Below, in pieces: positions 10,743-21,372 of a stretch of DNA of 64,000 nucleotides. Within the stretch, counting starts at the first letter, position 1, and each line of letters starts with the position of its first letter. The notes below the pieces were generated by a model, which was given only the letters and a program-made list of their open reading frames with translations, was not told the DNA's origin and searched no databases. The stretch spans positions 1,696,001 through 1,760,000 of the forward strand of contig CAWKNZ010000002.1 of the NCBI GenBank assembly GCA_963851265.1, in the 5' to 3' direction. Position numbers and translations under genes: made by a program. Source of the DNA: an uncultured Gemmatimonadales bacterium. Lineage in GTDB: Bacteria > Gemmatimonadota > Gemmatimonadetes > Gemmatimonadales > Gemmatimonadaceae.

Positions 10743-12260
10743 ATGCCGACGCCTCGCCCCGCCGTTCTCGTTGCACGGTCGTTCGTCGCGATCAGCGCCG
10801 CGACCGCCCGACTCGCGTACGCCCAACCTCCCGCCACCCCGCGCGCCGTGACGCCCGCGTCCGCGGCCTCACCCGCGGTGCCCGTCGCGGTTCGCGGCGT
10901 CGTGTTCGACTCGCTCGCGCGCGCCCCGCTCGCCGGCGCGATCGTCCAGGCCGTTCGTGCCGACAACCCGGCCATCGCGCGGACGACCACGACCGATTCG
11001 GCCGGCGACTTTCAGATCGACTCGCTCGCGCCGGGTCGGTACCTGCTCGGCTTTCTCCATCCCACGCTCGACTTGCTCGCGGTCGAGATCAGGCCGGTGA
11101 CGGTCGTCGCCGATGGGCGACCGCTGCCAGCGGTGACGCTCGCGGTCCCGGGCCCGGGAGCGGTGCGCGCGGCCGTGTGTCCCCCGACGGCGCCGGGCGA
11201 TTCGTCCGGCGCCGTCGCCGGGATCGTGCGCGACGCGTCGACCGGCAACCCGGTCGCGGGCGCGACCGTCGTCCTCTCGTGGCAGGAGCTATCGCTCGGG
11301 CGCGGCGGAGTGCAGCGCGAGACGCGCCGCGTGCCGACGACCGTACGCGCGGACGGCGGCTTCCTCGTGTGCGGCGTGCCATCAGACGGCCCGATCGCGG
11401 CGAGCGCGTCAGCCCCCGGTGCGACGAGCGGCCTGGTCGAGATCACCGCGCCCGCGCACGGCCTCGCCGTCCAGCGGTTCTCGCTCGGACCCGTGGCCTC
11501 CGCACCGGCGTCGGCGCGGGGGACCGCCCCCGACTCGGCGGACGAGGCGGAGCGCGGCGGACTCCCCCGCCCGGCGCCCGGGACGGCGCGCCTCGTGGGC
11601 CGCATACTCGGCCCCGACGCTCAGCCGGTGCGCGGCGCGCGCGTCCGCGTCTGGGGCACCGATGCCAGCACCACGTCCGGCGACGACGGCCGCTACGCGC
11701 TCGCCGACCTGCCGTCGGGCACGTTCACCGTCGACGTGCGCGGTATCGGCCTCGAGCCGTCACACACACCGGTCGACCTCGCCAGCGGGCAGACGGCCGA
11801 GGTGCGCGTGGCGCTCGGCAAGGCCGTCCCGAAGTTGGACCGGATCAACGTGATCGGTTCGGGTACGGCGCGCAGCCGCTTTCTCGAAGCGTTCGCGGCG
11901 CGTCGACGTACCGGGCAGGGGCGCTACTTCACCGCGGCGGAGATCGAGGCGCGACACGCGCTGGAGCTGACCGACGTGGTCCGCGGCACGCCGTCGCTCA
12001 ACGTCATCCCGCGCGGCGCGCGCGGGAACGTGTTGCGCGGGCGGGGAGGATGCATCCCGAATGTCTGGCTCGACGGCAGTCTGATCCGTGGCGGCGCGAA
12101 CGACATCGACGATATCGTCCCGGCGCAGGCGGTCGAGGCGATCGAGGTGTACGGAAGCGGCGCGACGGTTCCCGCGCAGTACAACATCACGGGCACCGGA
12201 GGTTCGTTCACGGGCGGCCCCGTCAGTTGCGGCGCGGTCCTGATCTGGACGATGCGCTGA
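10743..12260 (+). CDS. Secreted protein with repeated carboxypeptidase-regulatory-like domains and a TonB-plug-like C-terminus
   Basis: Three G.V.D...P..GA.V Ig-like repeats; C-terminal G.YFT.AEI...DVVR..P...VWLDG...VEAIEVY...CGAVLIW. Confidence 0.7.
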   Translation: MPTPRPAVLVARSFVAISAATARLAYAQPPATPRAVTPASAASPAVPVAVRGVVFDSLARAPLAGAIVQAVRADNPAIARTTTTDSAGDFQIDSLAPGRYLLGFLHPTLDLLAVEIRPVTVVADGRPLPAVTLAVPGPGAVRAAVCPPTAPGDSSGAVAGIVRDASTGNPVAGATVVLSWQELSLGRGGVQRETRRVPTTVRADGGFLVCGVPSDGPIAASASAPGATSGLVEITAPAHGLAVQRFSLGPVASAPASARGTAPDSADEAERGGLPRPAPGTARLVGRILGPDAQPVRGARVRVWGTDASTTSGDDGRYALADLPSGTFTVDVRGIGLEPSHTPVDLASGQTAEVRVALGKAVPKLDRINVIGSGTARSRFLEAFAARRRTGQGRYFTAAEIEARHALELTDVVRGTPSLNVIPRGARGNVLRGRGGCIPNVWLDGSLIRGGANDIDDIVPAQAVEAIEVYGSGATVPAQYNITGTGGSFTGGPVSCGAVLIWTMR

Positions 12261-12420
12261 GCGCACCAGAGTACCGGGCCGACCGATCGCCGCGCGAGCC
12301 ACCGGCGCCGGGCCTGGCCGGCGCGGGCGTCGGGCGGAACGATTCCGGCCCGCGCCAGTACGGAGAGCGGCACCGCCCGCCCGCCGAGTTCCTCCTCAGC
12401 TTCCTCCCGCTCAGCGCATC

Positions 12421-14121
12421 GTGTTCCGCTTCCCTCGCGCCTCTGTTCGCGTTCCGCAGTCGCGCCCCGTGAGTTGGGCGCGGCGATCGTCGGCACTCGT
12501 CGCCGTGCTCGCCGCAGCCGGGCCCGCACTCGCCCAGGCACGGCCGAAAGCCGGCGCGATCGGCGGCGCGACGACGCAGCCACCGCGCAACACCGGACGT
12601 CCCACGGCGGGCGCGACGGACGATGCGCCGCCGGCCGCTGCGGCCGCGGCCGCGCCACGGGCCGGGCGCACGATGGCCGCGTTCGGCGTCGTCTACGACT
12701 CGCTGTCCGGCGCGCCGCTGGCCGGCGCGACGGTGCAGTTCGTGGGGGAGGCGGACCGGGCTCGGGCGTACTCCGCAGAGACCGACTCGACGGGCCGCTA
12801 CCGGCTTCCCGGGCTGGCGCCGGGCCGGTACGTGGCGGGCTTCCTCCACCCCGACGTCGACGCGCTCGGCATCGAGGTTCGACCGATACTCGTCGATCTC
12901 CTCCCGGATACGGCCGCGCAGGTCGACTTCGGCGTGCCCGGATCGCGGACGTTGCTGCCGGCGCTCTGCGGGGCGAACAACCCGTACGGCCGCGGCGCGA
13001 CGGGGACGACCGACGAGACCCTGATGGCGCTGCTCCAGCCGAAGGCGCCGGGCGCGCTCACCGGGAGCGTCCGCGATGCGGAGAGCGGGATGCCGATTCC
13101 GGGCGCGAAGGTGATCGTGACGTGGAAGGAGGTGAAGAGTTCGGGTGGCGCGCTCATCAATGCGAGCCGGCGCGCGCCGGCCGTGGTGCGCGCGGACGGC
13201 GGATTCACGGTGTGCGGACTGCCCGCCGATGTCGATCTCGTCGCGAGCGCCGAGGCGCGCTCGCGACGAACGGGGCTCGTGGACGTCCGGATCAGCGCGG
13301 GACGCCTGGTCCGGCGCGACTTCCTGCTCGGCGATTCGGCCACGGCGACTGTGGTCACGCTTCCCGACACCGCGGTGCCGCGCGAAGGGCGGCTGACCAT
13401 GCCACTGACCGTCGCGCGCGGAAAGGCGCGGCTCACCGGCGTGGTGCGGACGCCCGACGGCCGCCCGGTCACGGGGGCGACGGTCCTGGTGTACGGTACC
13501 GACGCGAAAGGGCAGACCTCGTCGACCGGCACGTTCTCGCTCAGCGGGCTTCCCGCGGGCACGTACAGCGCCGAGGTGCGCGCGATCGGCTACGCGCCGA
13601 AGCGGGTTCCGGTAAACCTCTCGTCGACGCGCGTCGCCTCGATCGCGATCCCGCTCGACCAGCGCGTGCAGCAGATCGAGGGCGTCGTGGTCAAGGCCGA
13701 CCGGACGAAGCTGGAGAAGGACTACACAGGCTTCCTCGATCGCGTGAAGCACGGCATGGGGCATTACATCACCGAGGAACAGCTCGCCAATCGGCAGGCG
13801 ATCGTCTTCACCGACGTGCTGCGGATGACGCCGGGGATGAACGTCGTGCCGAACGGTTCGATGGGCTACGCGGTCCAGGGCCGCGGCGGGTGCACGCCGG
13901 ACATCTACCTGGACGGCATGCCGATCATCGACGGCGCGTCGAGCCTGAACGACCTCGTGAACCCGAACGACGTGGCGGGGGTCGAGATCTACAACGGCGG
14001 CGCGACCACGCCGGTGCAGTTCCAGTCGACTGCTGGCAGCGGGAGTTGCGGCTCGGTGGTCGTCTGGAGCAAGCGCGGCCGGCCGAACGCGTCGACGCAG
14101 TCGTCCTCTTCACGCGAGTAA
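12421..14121 (+). CDS. Paralog of the preceding carboxypeptidase-regulatory-like / plug-like protein
   Basis: Same architecture: GVVYDSLSGAPLAGA, GFLHP, VCGLP, GRGGC, VEIY, SCGSVVVW. Confidence 0.7.
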   Translation: MFRFPRASVRVPQSRPVSWARRSSALVAVLAAAGPALAQARPKAGAIGGATTQPPRNTGRPTAGATDDAPPAAAAAAAPRAGRTMAAFGVVYDSLSGAPLAGATVQFVGEADRARAYSAETDSTGRYRLPGLAPGRYVAGFLHPDVDALGIEVRPILVDLLPDTAAQVDFGVPGSRTLLPALCGANNPYGRGATGTTDETLMALLQPKAPGALTGSVRDAESGMPIPGAKVIVTWKEVKSSGGALINASRRAPAVVRADGGFTVCGLPADVDLVASAEARSRRTGLVDVRISAGRLVRRDFLLGDSATATVVTLPDTAVPREGRLTMPLTVARGKARLTGVVRTPDGRPVTGATVLVYGTDAKGQTSSTGTFSLSGLPAGTYSAEVRAIGYAPKRVPVNLSSTRVASIAIPLDQRVQQIEGVVVKADRTKLEKDYTGFLDRVKHGMGHYITEEQLANRQAIVFTDVLRMTPGMNVVPNGSMGYAVQGRGGCTPDIYLDGMPIIDGASSLNDLVNPNDVAGVEIYNGGATTPVQFQSTAGSGSCGSVVVWSKRGRPNASTQSSSSRE

Positions 14122-14174
14122 GCGGCGCTCCGTCGCGTGCCACATCGGGGCTGGGTGCCGGTACGCGGGCGCGG

Positions 14175-14696
14175 TTACGGAGTGCAGCTCCACGCCGCGG
14201 GGTGGGCGAGCGACGGAATCGCGTAGCCGACCTTCGGCAGGACTTCGCGGGCGCCGAGCGTGACGGCGCCCGCGAACATCGCGAGGCCGAGGAGGTGGAC
14301 GAATGCCGCGCGGTGTCGCCAGGCGGACGTGGACGTGACGATTCCGACGACGCCGAGCAGCGCGACGAGTCCGAGGTAGTAGCTGAGTTCGATGCCGCAG
14401 CGCGACGTGTAGGGCCAGTAGATCAGCGCCGCGACGACCGCGACGCCCAGAACGATGCGGAAGAGCAGCGCGAATTGCGCGCGCCACGACCGCCGGCCCG
14501 GCGCCGCGGGGACGCCGAGCGCGCGCCCCGACACGATGCCAGGCTCGGCGGGGCGTCGGGGTGGCTCGACGATCGCAGTTGGCGCCGGCGTCCCGCGGGC
14601 GGCCGCGCTCGGCGCCGCGGCGGCTGGCGGATCGGGCACCGCGGCGAGGCGCCGGTCGAGATCGGCGAGTTCGCGGTCCCAGTCGCGGTCGGGCAT
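14175..14696 (-). CDS. Hypothetical membrane protein (about 3 TM helices)
   Basis: MPDRDWDRELADLDRRL, Pro/Ala linker, hydrophobic helices; starts 4 bp after the regulator stop. Confidence 0.7.
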   Translation of the reverse strand: MPDRDWDRELADLDRRLAAVPDPPAAAAPSAAARGTPAPTAIVEPPRRPAEPGIVSGRALGVPAAPGRRSWRAQFALLFRIVLGVAVVAALIYWPYTSRCGIELSYYLGLVALLGVVGIVTSTSAWRHRAAFVHLLGLAMFAGAVTLGAREVLPKVGYAIPSLAHPAAWSCTP

Positions 14697-14700
14697 CGGG

Positions 14701-16077
<1,377 letters not shown>

Positions 16078-16137
16078 GTCAGCGGGAAGCCGAGTGGTGG
16101 GTCGCCGCGCTCCGCACGGCGCCTTCGGCGCGTGCGG

Positions 16138-16797
16138 TCACGGCGTCGCCTTGTAGAGCGTGATGCGGCCGCGCCCGACGCGGACGTCGCCGATGTACGG
16201 CGGCAACTGGACGGGCACGGCGTCGGGGGACACGCCGGACGGGTTGTCGCCTTTGTGAAACCGGGCGACCACGCGGGGGATGAGCGGGGTGGGAACGGGC
16301 ACCGTGCCGATCTGGACGTCGCGCACGCGGAACTGGGCCATTCCCGGCCGGAGGACGTCGAGCGTGCCGCCGAGCCGGAGCGTGTCGCGCTCGTGAAGCA
16401 GGGCGCGGACCGCGGGGCCGAGGATTCCGGCAAAGTCGGCTGGCGAGACGACCGAGCGGAGCTGGATGCGGTCGCCGACGACGCTGGTCTGCGCGTTGCG
16501 GAGGGCGGCGGGGAGCGCGTCCGAGAGCGAGAGGAACGCGTACGACGCGAGCTCGCCGGGTCGCAGGTTGACGTACACCGGGCCGCGCGGCGCCGCGAGG
16601 GTGCGCACCGCGCGTTCGCCGCGTGCGGCGCTGGCCTGGTCGACCGGTTGCCACGTCGCGAGGGTGTCGGCCCGGCGCGCGTCGGCGCGTCCGTCGAGGC
16701 GGGCGACCAGCGGGCGCCAGGTGTCGCGCGTGATGAACAGCGCGGCCAGGATGGCGAGGACGGCGAGGCAGCCAAGTCGGCGCAGGCAGCCGAACAT
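16138..16797 (-). CDS. Hypothetical protein with an N-terminal membrane anchor
   Basis: MFGCLRRLGCLAVLAILAALF anchor; coding-like composition; co-oriented with its neighbours. Confidence 0.7.
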   Translation of the reverse strand: MFGCLRRLGCLAVLAILAALFITRDTWRPLVARLDGRADARRADTLATWQPVDQASAARGERAVRTLAAPRGPVYVNLRPGELASYAFLSLSDALPAALRNAQTSVVGDRIQLRSVVSPADFAGILGPAVRALLHERDTLRLGGTLDVLRPGMAQFRVRDVQIGTVPVPTPLIPRVVARFHKGDNPSGVSPDAVPVQLPPYIGDVRVGRGRITLYKATP

Positions 16798-16871
16798 CAG
16801 CGCGCGCGGCGGGCGGCGGGGCGTGGGTAGATCGCGCGTCGGGACGTCATGCGCTCCAACGTAGCGGTGCG

Positions 16872-16916
16872 GGTCGTAACCGCGCGGCTCGTAACCGCGC
16901 GGGTCGTGGGCGCGCG
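16872..16916. repeat. 15-bp tandem repeat x3 (third copy degenerate)
   Basis: ggtcgtaaccgcgcg / gctcgtaaccgcgcg / ggtcgtgggcgcgcg. Confidence 0.75.
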
Positions 16917-16941
16917 GGGTGGCGGAGCGTCGGCGTGCGGA

Positions 16942-18495
16942 TCACCCAAGTGCGAACGCGGGCTCGCGGGCGCTGGCCGCCGGTCGCGGCGTCGGGGTTC
17001 GGTACCGGAGGGCTTCGGCGACGTGGGCCGGTCCGATCGCGGGCACGTCGTCGAGATCGGCGATGGTGCGCGCGACCTTCAGCACGCGAAAGTAGGCGCG
17101 CGCGGAGAGCCCGAGACGGTCGGCGGCCGCGACGAGCAGTTCGCGGGCGTCGGGGTGTACAGCCGATTCGCGGTCGAGCCAGCGACCGGCGACGCCCGCG
17201 TTGGTCGTGATGCCGGGTAGCGTGCGGTAGCGCGCGCGCTGGCGGATCCGCGCGTCGGCGACGCGTGGGCGGATGGCGCTGGACGGTTCGCCGAGTGTGC
17301 GCACGCCGATGGCGCGCGGGGGCACGGCGCCGACGCGGACGTGCATGTCGATGCGGTCAGCGAGTGGGCCCGAGAGGCGGGCGGCGTAGCGTTCGACGTC
17401 GGCGGGAACGCATGTGCACACCGCGCCTGGCTCGCCGGCGCGGCCGCACGGGCACGGATTCATCGCCGCGACGAGAGTGAATCGCGCCGGGTACGTGACG
17501 GTCGCGGTGGCACGGGAGAGGGCGACAGTGCCGTCCTCGAGTGGCTGGCGGAGGCTGTCGAGGACGTGACGGGGGAACTCGAGCAACTCGTCGAGGAAGA
17601 GGACGCCGAGGTGGGAGAGCGAGACCTCGCCGGGTCGGGGCGGTGATCCGCCGCCGACGAGTCCGGCGGTCGAGATCGTGTGGTGCGGGGAACGGAACGG
17701 GCGTTCGGGCGTCGCGTCGATTGCGCCGGTGAGACCAGCGACGGAGCGGATCGCGAGGACTTCGAGCGCTTCGCGGTCCGTGAGTGGGGGAAGAATTGTG
17801 GGGAGTCGGCGCGCGAGCATCGTCTTCCCCGCCCCGGGCGGACCGACGAGCGCGAGGTTGTGGCCGCCTGCCGCGGCGATCTCGAGGGCGCGTTTGGCGG
17901 TGTCCTGGCCGACGACGTCGGCGAAGTCGTCGCCGTGGGGGGCGCTGCGCGTGGTCGACGCAGCCGGGGGCGTGCTGTGCGGCAGGCGGCCGGCGTCGAG
18001 CGCGGCCAGGAGTTCGCGGAGCGTGGCTGGCGCGTACACCGCGACATTCTCGACGCGTGCGGCCTCCGCGAGGTTGCCCGGCGCAACGATCAGGGAGTGG
18101 CCCGCGTCGGCGGCCCAGAGGGCAACGGGGAGGACGCCCCGGACTGGACGGAGCGAGCCGTCGAGGGCGAGTTCGCCGACTGCCACCACGCCGGCGAGGG
18201 CCGCCGAGTTGAGCAGGCCGGTGGCGGCGAGCGCGCCGAGTGCGATCGGGAGGTCGAAGCCCGAGCCGCTCTTCGGGATGTCGGCCGGGCTCAGGTTGAC
18301 GGTCGTTCGGCGCGGCGGAAGGGGGAGATCGCTGTTCGCGAGGGCGGCGACGACCCGTTCGCGCCCTTCCTTGACGGCGCTGGCCGCGAGGCCGACGACC
18401 GTGAGTTGAGGGAGGCCGAGTGCGGCGTGCACTTCGACGGTGACCTCGAAGGCCTCGATGCCGCGGACGGCGGCGGAGCGGACGGATGCGAGCAC
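16942..18495 (-). CDS. comM: YifB/ComM family Mg-chelatase-like AAA+ ATPase
   Basis: KEGRERV, GPPGAGKT, PFRSPHHT, PGEVSLSH.GVLFLDE, AMNPCPCG, ARTIADL. Confidence 0.92.
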   Translation of the reverse strand: MLASVRSAAVRGIEAFEVTVEVHAALGLPQLTVVGLAASAVKEGRERVVAALANSDLPLPPRRTTVNLSPADIPKSGSGFDLPIALGALAATGLLNSAALAGVVAVGELALDGSLRPVRGVLPVALWAADAGHSLIVAPGNLAEAARVENVAVYAPATLRELLAALDAGRLPHSTPPAASTTRSAPHGDDFADVVGQDTAKRALEIAAAGGHNLALVGPPGAGKTMLARRLPTILPPLTDREALEVLAIRSVAGLTGAIDATPERPFRSPHHTISTAGLVGGGSPPRPGEVSLSHLGVLFLDELLEFPRHVLDSLRQPLEDGTVALSRATATVTYPARFTLVAAMNPCPCGRAGEPGAVCTCVPADVERYAARLSGPLADRIDMHVRVGAVPPRAIGVRTLGEPSSAIRPRVADARIRQRARYRTLPGITTNAGVAGRWLDRESAVHPDARELLVAAADRLGLSARAYFRVLKVARTIADLDDVPAIGPAHVAEALRYRTPTPRPAASAREPAFALG

Positions 18496-18613
18496 GGGCC
18501 GACGGTACAGCCGTGGGCCCGTGCGAGGTGCATCAAAACATTTCGCGGTGGGGCGGCGCGTCGCCGCGCCCGTACAGCGCGGCTGCCTTCGGCCCGCGTG
18601 GTCGGCGTGAACG

Positions 18614-19159
18614 TCAGTTCGGGGTCTTGGACGTCGTAGTCGTCGTCGGGAGCGTGACTACCGGGACGTCGACCTCGAAGATGAGCACCGAGCCGGCGGG
18701 TATGGTGTTGTTGCTCGACTTGTCCCCGTAGCCGAGCGCCGGCGGGATGATGAGGCGTCGGCGGCCGCCCTGGTTGATGCCGATCAGGCCGCGGTCGAAT
18801 CCGCGGACCACCTGTCCTGCGCCGAGCACGAACGTGAGGGGCGACTGCGAGCCCTGGTTCGTTCCGAAGGTGCGGCCGTCGGGGAGCCAGCCGGTGTAGT
18901 AGTAGCTCAGCGTTGCCTTCGGGACCGCCTTGGGGCCGCTGCCGACCGCGACGTCGAGGTAGTAGACGCCCGACGTATCCCGCGTGTACTCGCTCAGGCG
19001 GATGCCGAGCTTGGTCGAGTACGCGACCGTGGTCGGGTCCTGGTCGGGCGACGTAACGTCGCGGCAACTTGCGCCCGCGAGCACCACGCCGGCGGTGGCG
19101 ATGGCGGCGGTGAGGCGCGTGCGGGCCGAGCGGCGGGCGAAAGCGGGCGGTCGGAACAT
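18614..19159 (-). CDS. FKBP-type peptidyl-prolyl isomerase, probable lipoprotein
   Basis: YTGWL.DG, FVLGAGQVVRG, RRLIIPPALGYG, IPAGSVLIFEV; LAGASC lipobox-like motif. Confidence 0.88.
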   Translation of the reverse strand: MFRPPAFARRSARTRLTAAIATAGVVLAGASCRDVTSPDQDPTTVAYSTKLGIRLSEYTRDTSGVYYLDVAVGSGPKAVPKATLSYYYTGWLPDGRTFGTNQGSQSPLTFVLGAGQVVRGFDRGLIGINQGGRRRLIIPPALGYGDKSSNNTIPAGSVLIFEVDVPVVTLPTTTTTSKTPN

Positions 19160-19270
19160 TAGGTACGCTTGGGAGTGCGATGGGGAGCGCGGCATAATGT
19201 AGGATCGCCGGGCGTTCGCGTCCGGCGTCGGTACCCCGCGTGCCGCTATCGGCTCCGCGTGCCCGCCCCG

Positions 19271-19312
19271 GAGCACCGGCCGCGGAGCACCGGCCGCCGA
19301 GCACCGGCCGCC
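19271..19312. repeat. 14-bp tandem repeat x3 in a divergent intergenic region
   Basis: gagcaccggccgc(g/c) at 19271, 19285 and 19299. Confidence 0.85.
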
Positions 19313-19427
19313 GCGCGACGGTCTCGGCATGCCGGGCGCAGTACGCCGACCGGCTGACGGCTGCCGGCGTGTGCCCGTCAGCGTGTGCCCGTGGCCGTCC
19401 GCCCACTCGTCTTCGACCCGTCCGCCC

Positions 19428-19898
19428 GTGACCCTCCCAACACCTTCGACCTCGTCGGACGCGAGTCCGGGCTTCACGTGGCGGGAGTTGCGGATGCGCG
19501 TCGGGTGGGCGCTGCGCCTACGCTGCCCCAATTGCGGCGGCGGGCCCGTGCGCAGCTCGTGGCTCAAGCGTCTCGCCGGGTGTCCGGTGTGCGGGATCCG
19601 GCTCGACCGCGGCGAGAACGATTACTTCATCGGCGCCTACATGGTCAACCTGATCGCGGCGGAGGTACTGCTCGCGGCGGGGCTGCTCGTCGTGCTGCTC
19701 GCAACGTGGCCGGCGCCGCCGTGGGACGCGATCCAATACGGGGGCGTGGCGCTGATGATCGTGCTGCCCGTGGTCACGTACCCCTTCACCGAGCTGCTCT
19801 GGCTCGCGTTCGACCTCGTCTTCCGCCCGCTCACGCCCGCCGAGCTGCAGTGGCATCGCGAAGGGAGTCTGGACGCGCGCGAGCTGCCGCACCGTTAA
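19428..19898 (+). CDS. DUF983 family Zn-ribbon membrane protein
   Basis: RCPNCGGG...CPVCG followed by two TM helices; start uncertain. Confidence 0.78.
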   Translation: MTLPTPSTSSDASPGFTWRELRMRVGWALRLRCPNCGGGPVRSSWLKRLAGCPVCGIRLDRGENDYFIGAYMVNLIAAEVLLAAGLLVVLLATWPAPPWDAIQYGGVALMIVLPVVTYPFTELLWLAFDLVFRPLTPAELQWHREGSLDARELPHR

Positions 19899-19925
19899 TC
19901 TCCGTTAGGCACACTGCGCTCCGCC

Positions 19926-21341
19926 ATGCCCATCGCGACCGTCAACCCGGCCACCCGCGAGGTGGTCCGCACCTTCCCCCCGGACGACGACGCGGCGGTC
20001 GAGCGCGCCCTCGCCGCGGCCTCCGAGACCGCGCGGACGTGGCGCACGGTCCCCGCCGCCGACCGCGCCGCGGTCGTCGCGCGCGCTGGCGACCTGCTCG
20101 ACGCGCGGCGCGACGCGTACGCGCGGCTCATGACGCTCGAGATGGGCAAGCCGATCCGCGCGGCGCGCGACGAGGCGGCGAAGTGTGCGCTCGCCTGCCG
20201 GTTCTACGCGGAGCACGGGCCGCGTTTCGTCGCGCCCGAGACGCTCTTCGACGACGCCTCGGGCAGCGGGCAGGTGCGCTACCAACCGTTAGGCGTCGTG
20301 CTCGCCGTGATGCCGTGGAACTTCCCGTTCTGGCAGGTCATCCGCTTCGCCGCGCCGGCGCTCGTCGCCGGGAATGTCGGGCTGCTGAAGCACGCGTCCA
20401 ACGTGCCGCAGTGCGCGCTCGCCATCGCCGAGCTGTTCCGCGACGCGGGCGCGCCGGCCGGGGCCTTTCAGACCCTGCTGGTCGACGCGCCGCGCGTGGG
20501 GCCGATCATCGCCGACCCGCGCGTCGCGGCCGTGACGCTCACAGGGAGCGAGGGCGCGGGCGCGTCCGTCGGCGCGGCCGCGGGCGCCGCGCTCAAGAAG
20601 ACCGTGCTCGAACTGGGCGGCAGCGACGCGTTCGTCGTCCTCGCCGATGCCGACGTCGAGGCGGCCGCCCGCGCCGCGGTCACCGCGCGGACGATCAACA
20701 ACGGGCAGTCGTGCATCGCGGCCAAACGGTTCGTCGTCGAACAACCGGTGTACGACGCGTTCGTCGACCGGCTCGCGGCGGGAATGCGCGCGCTCCGCGT
20801 AGGAGACCCGTTCGACGAGGAGACGGCGGTCGGTCCGCTCGCCACGGCGCAGATCCGCGACGACATCGCCGACCAGGTCCGCCGGACGCTCGACGCCGGC
20901 GCGCGTCTGGTCTGCGGCGGGGCGGCGCCCGACGGCGCCGCACTCGCCGGCGGGTTCTACTATCTGCCAACCGTGCTCGCCGACGTGCCGCGAGCCTCCC
21001 CGGCGGCCCAGGAAGAGACGTTCGGGCCCGTGGCGGCCGTCCTCCGCGCCGCCGACGCGGACGAGGCGCTCACCATCGCCAACGACACTCCGTACGGCCT
21101 GGGCGCGGCGGTCTGGACGCAAGATCCGGCCGCGGCCGAGCGGTTCGCCGCGGGGCTCGAGGCCGGGTCGGTGTTCGTGAACGGTATGGTCGTCTCGGAC
21201 CCGCGGCTCCCGTTCGGCGGGATCAAACGCTCGGGCTACGGACGCGAGTTGAGCGCGGTCGGACTGCGCGAGTTCACGAACGTGAAGACCGTGCGCGTCG
21301 CCCAAGGTGGCGCCGGCGCGCCGGGCGGCGCGACCGAGTAG
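19926..21341 (+). CDS. NAD(P)-dependent succinate-semialdehyde dehydrogenase (Sad/GabD1-type)
   Basis: VMPWNFPFWQV, LKHASNVP, LELGGSD, NNGQSCIAAKRF, EETFGP. Confidence 0.88.
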   Translation: MPIATVNPATREVVRTFPPDDDAAVERALAAASETARTWRTVPAADRAAVVARAGDLLDARRDAYARLMTLEMGKPIRAARDEAAKCALACRFYAEHGPRFVAPETLFDDASGSGQVRYQPLGVVLAVMPWNFPFWQVIRFAAPALVAGNVGLLKHASNVPQCALAIAELFRDAGAPAGAFQTLLVDAPRVGPIIADPRVAAVTLTGSEGAGASVGAAAGAALKKTVLELGGSDAFVVLADADVEAAARAAVTARTINNGQSCIAAKRFVVEQPVYDAFVDRLAAGMRALRVGDPFDEETAVGPLATAQIRDDIADQVRRTLDAGARLVCGGAAPDGAALAGGFYYLPTVLADVPRASPAAQEETFGPVAAVLRAADADEALTIANDTPYGLGAAVWTQDPAAAERFAAGLEAGSVFVNGMVVSDPRLPFGGIKRSGYGRELSAVGLREFTNVKTVRVAQGGAGAPGGATE

Positions 21342-21372
21342 GCGCGAGTCGCGGCGCCGCGAGGACGCCGCG

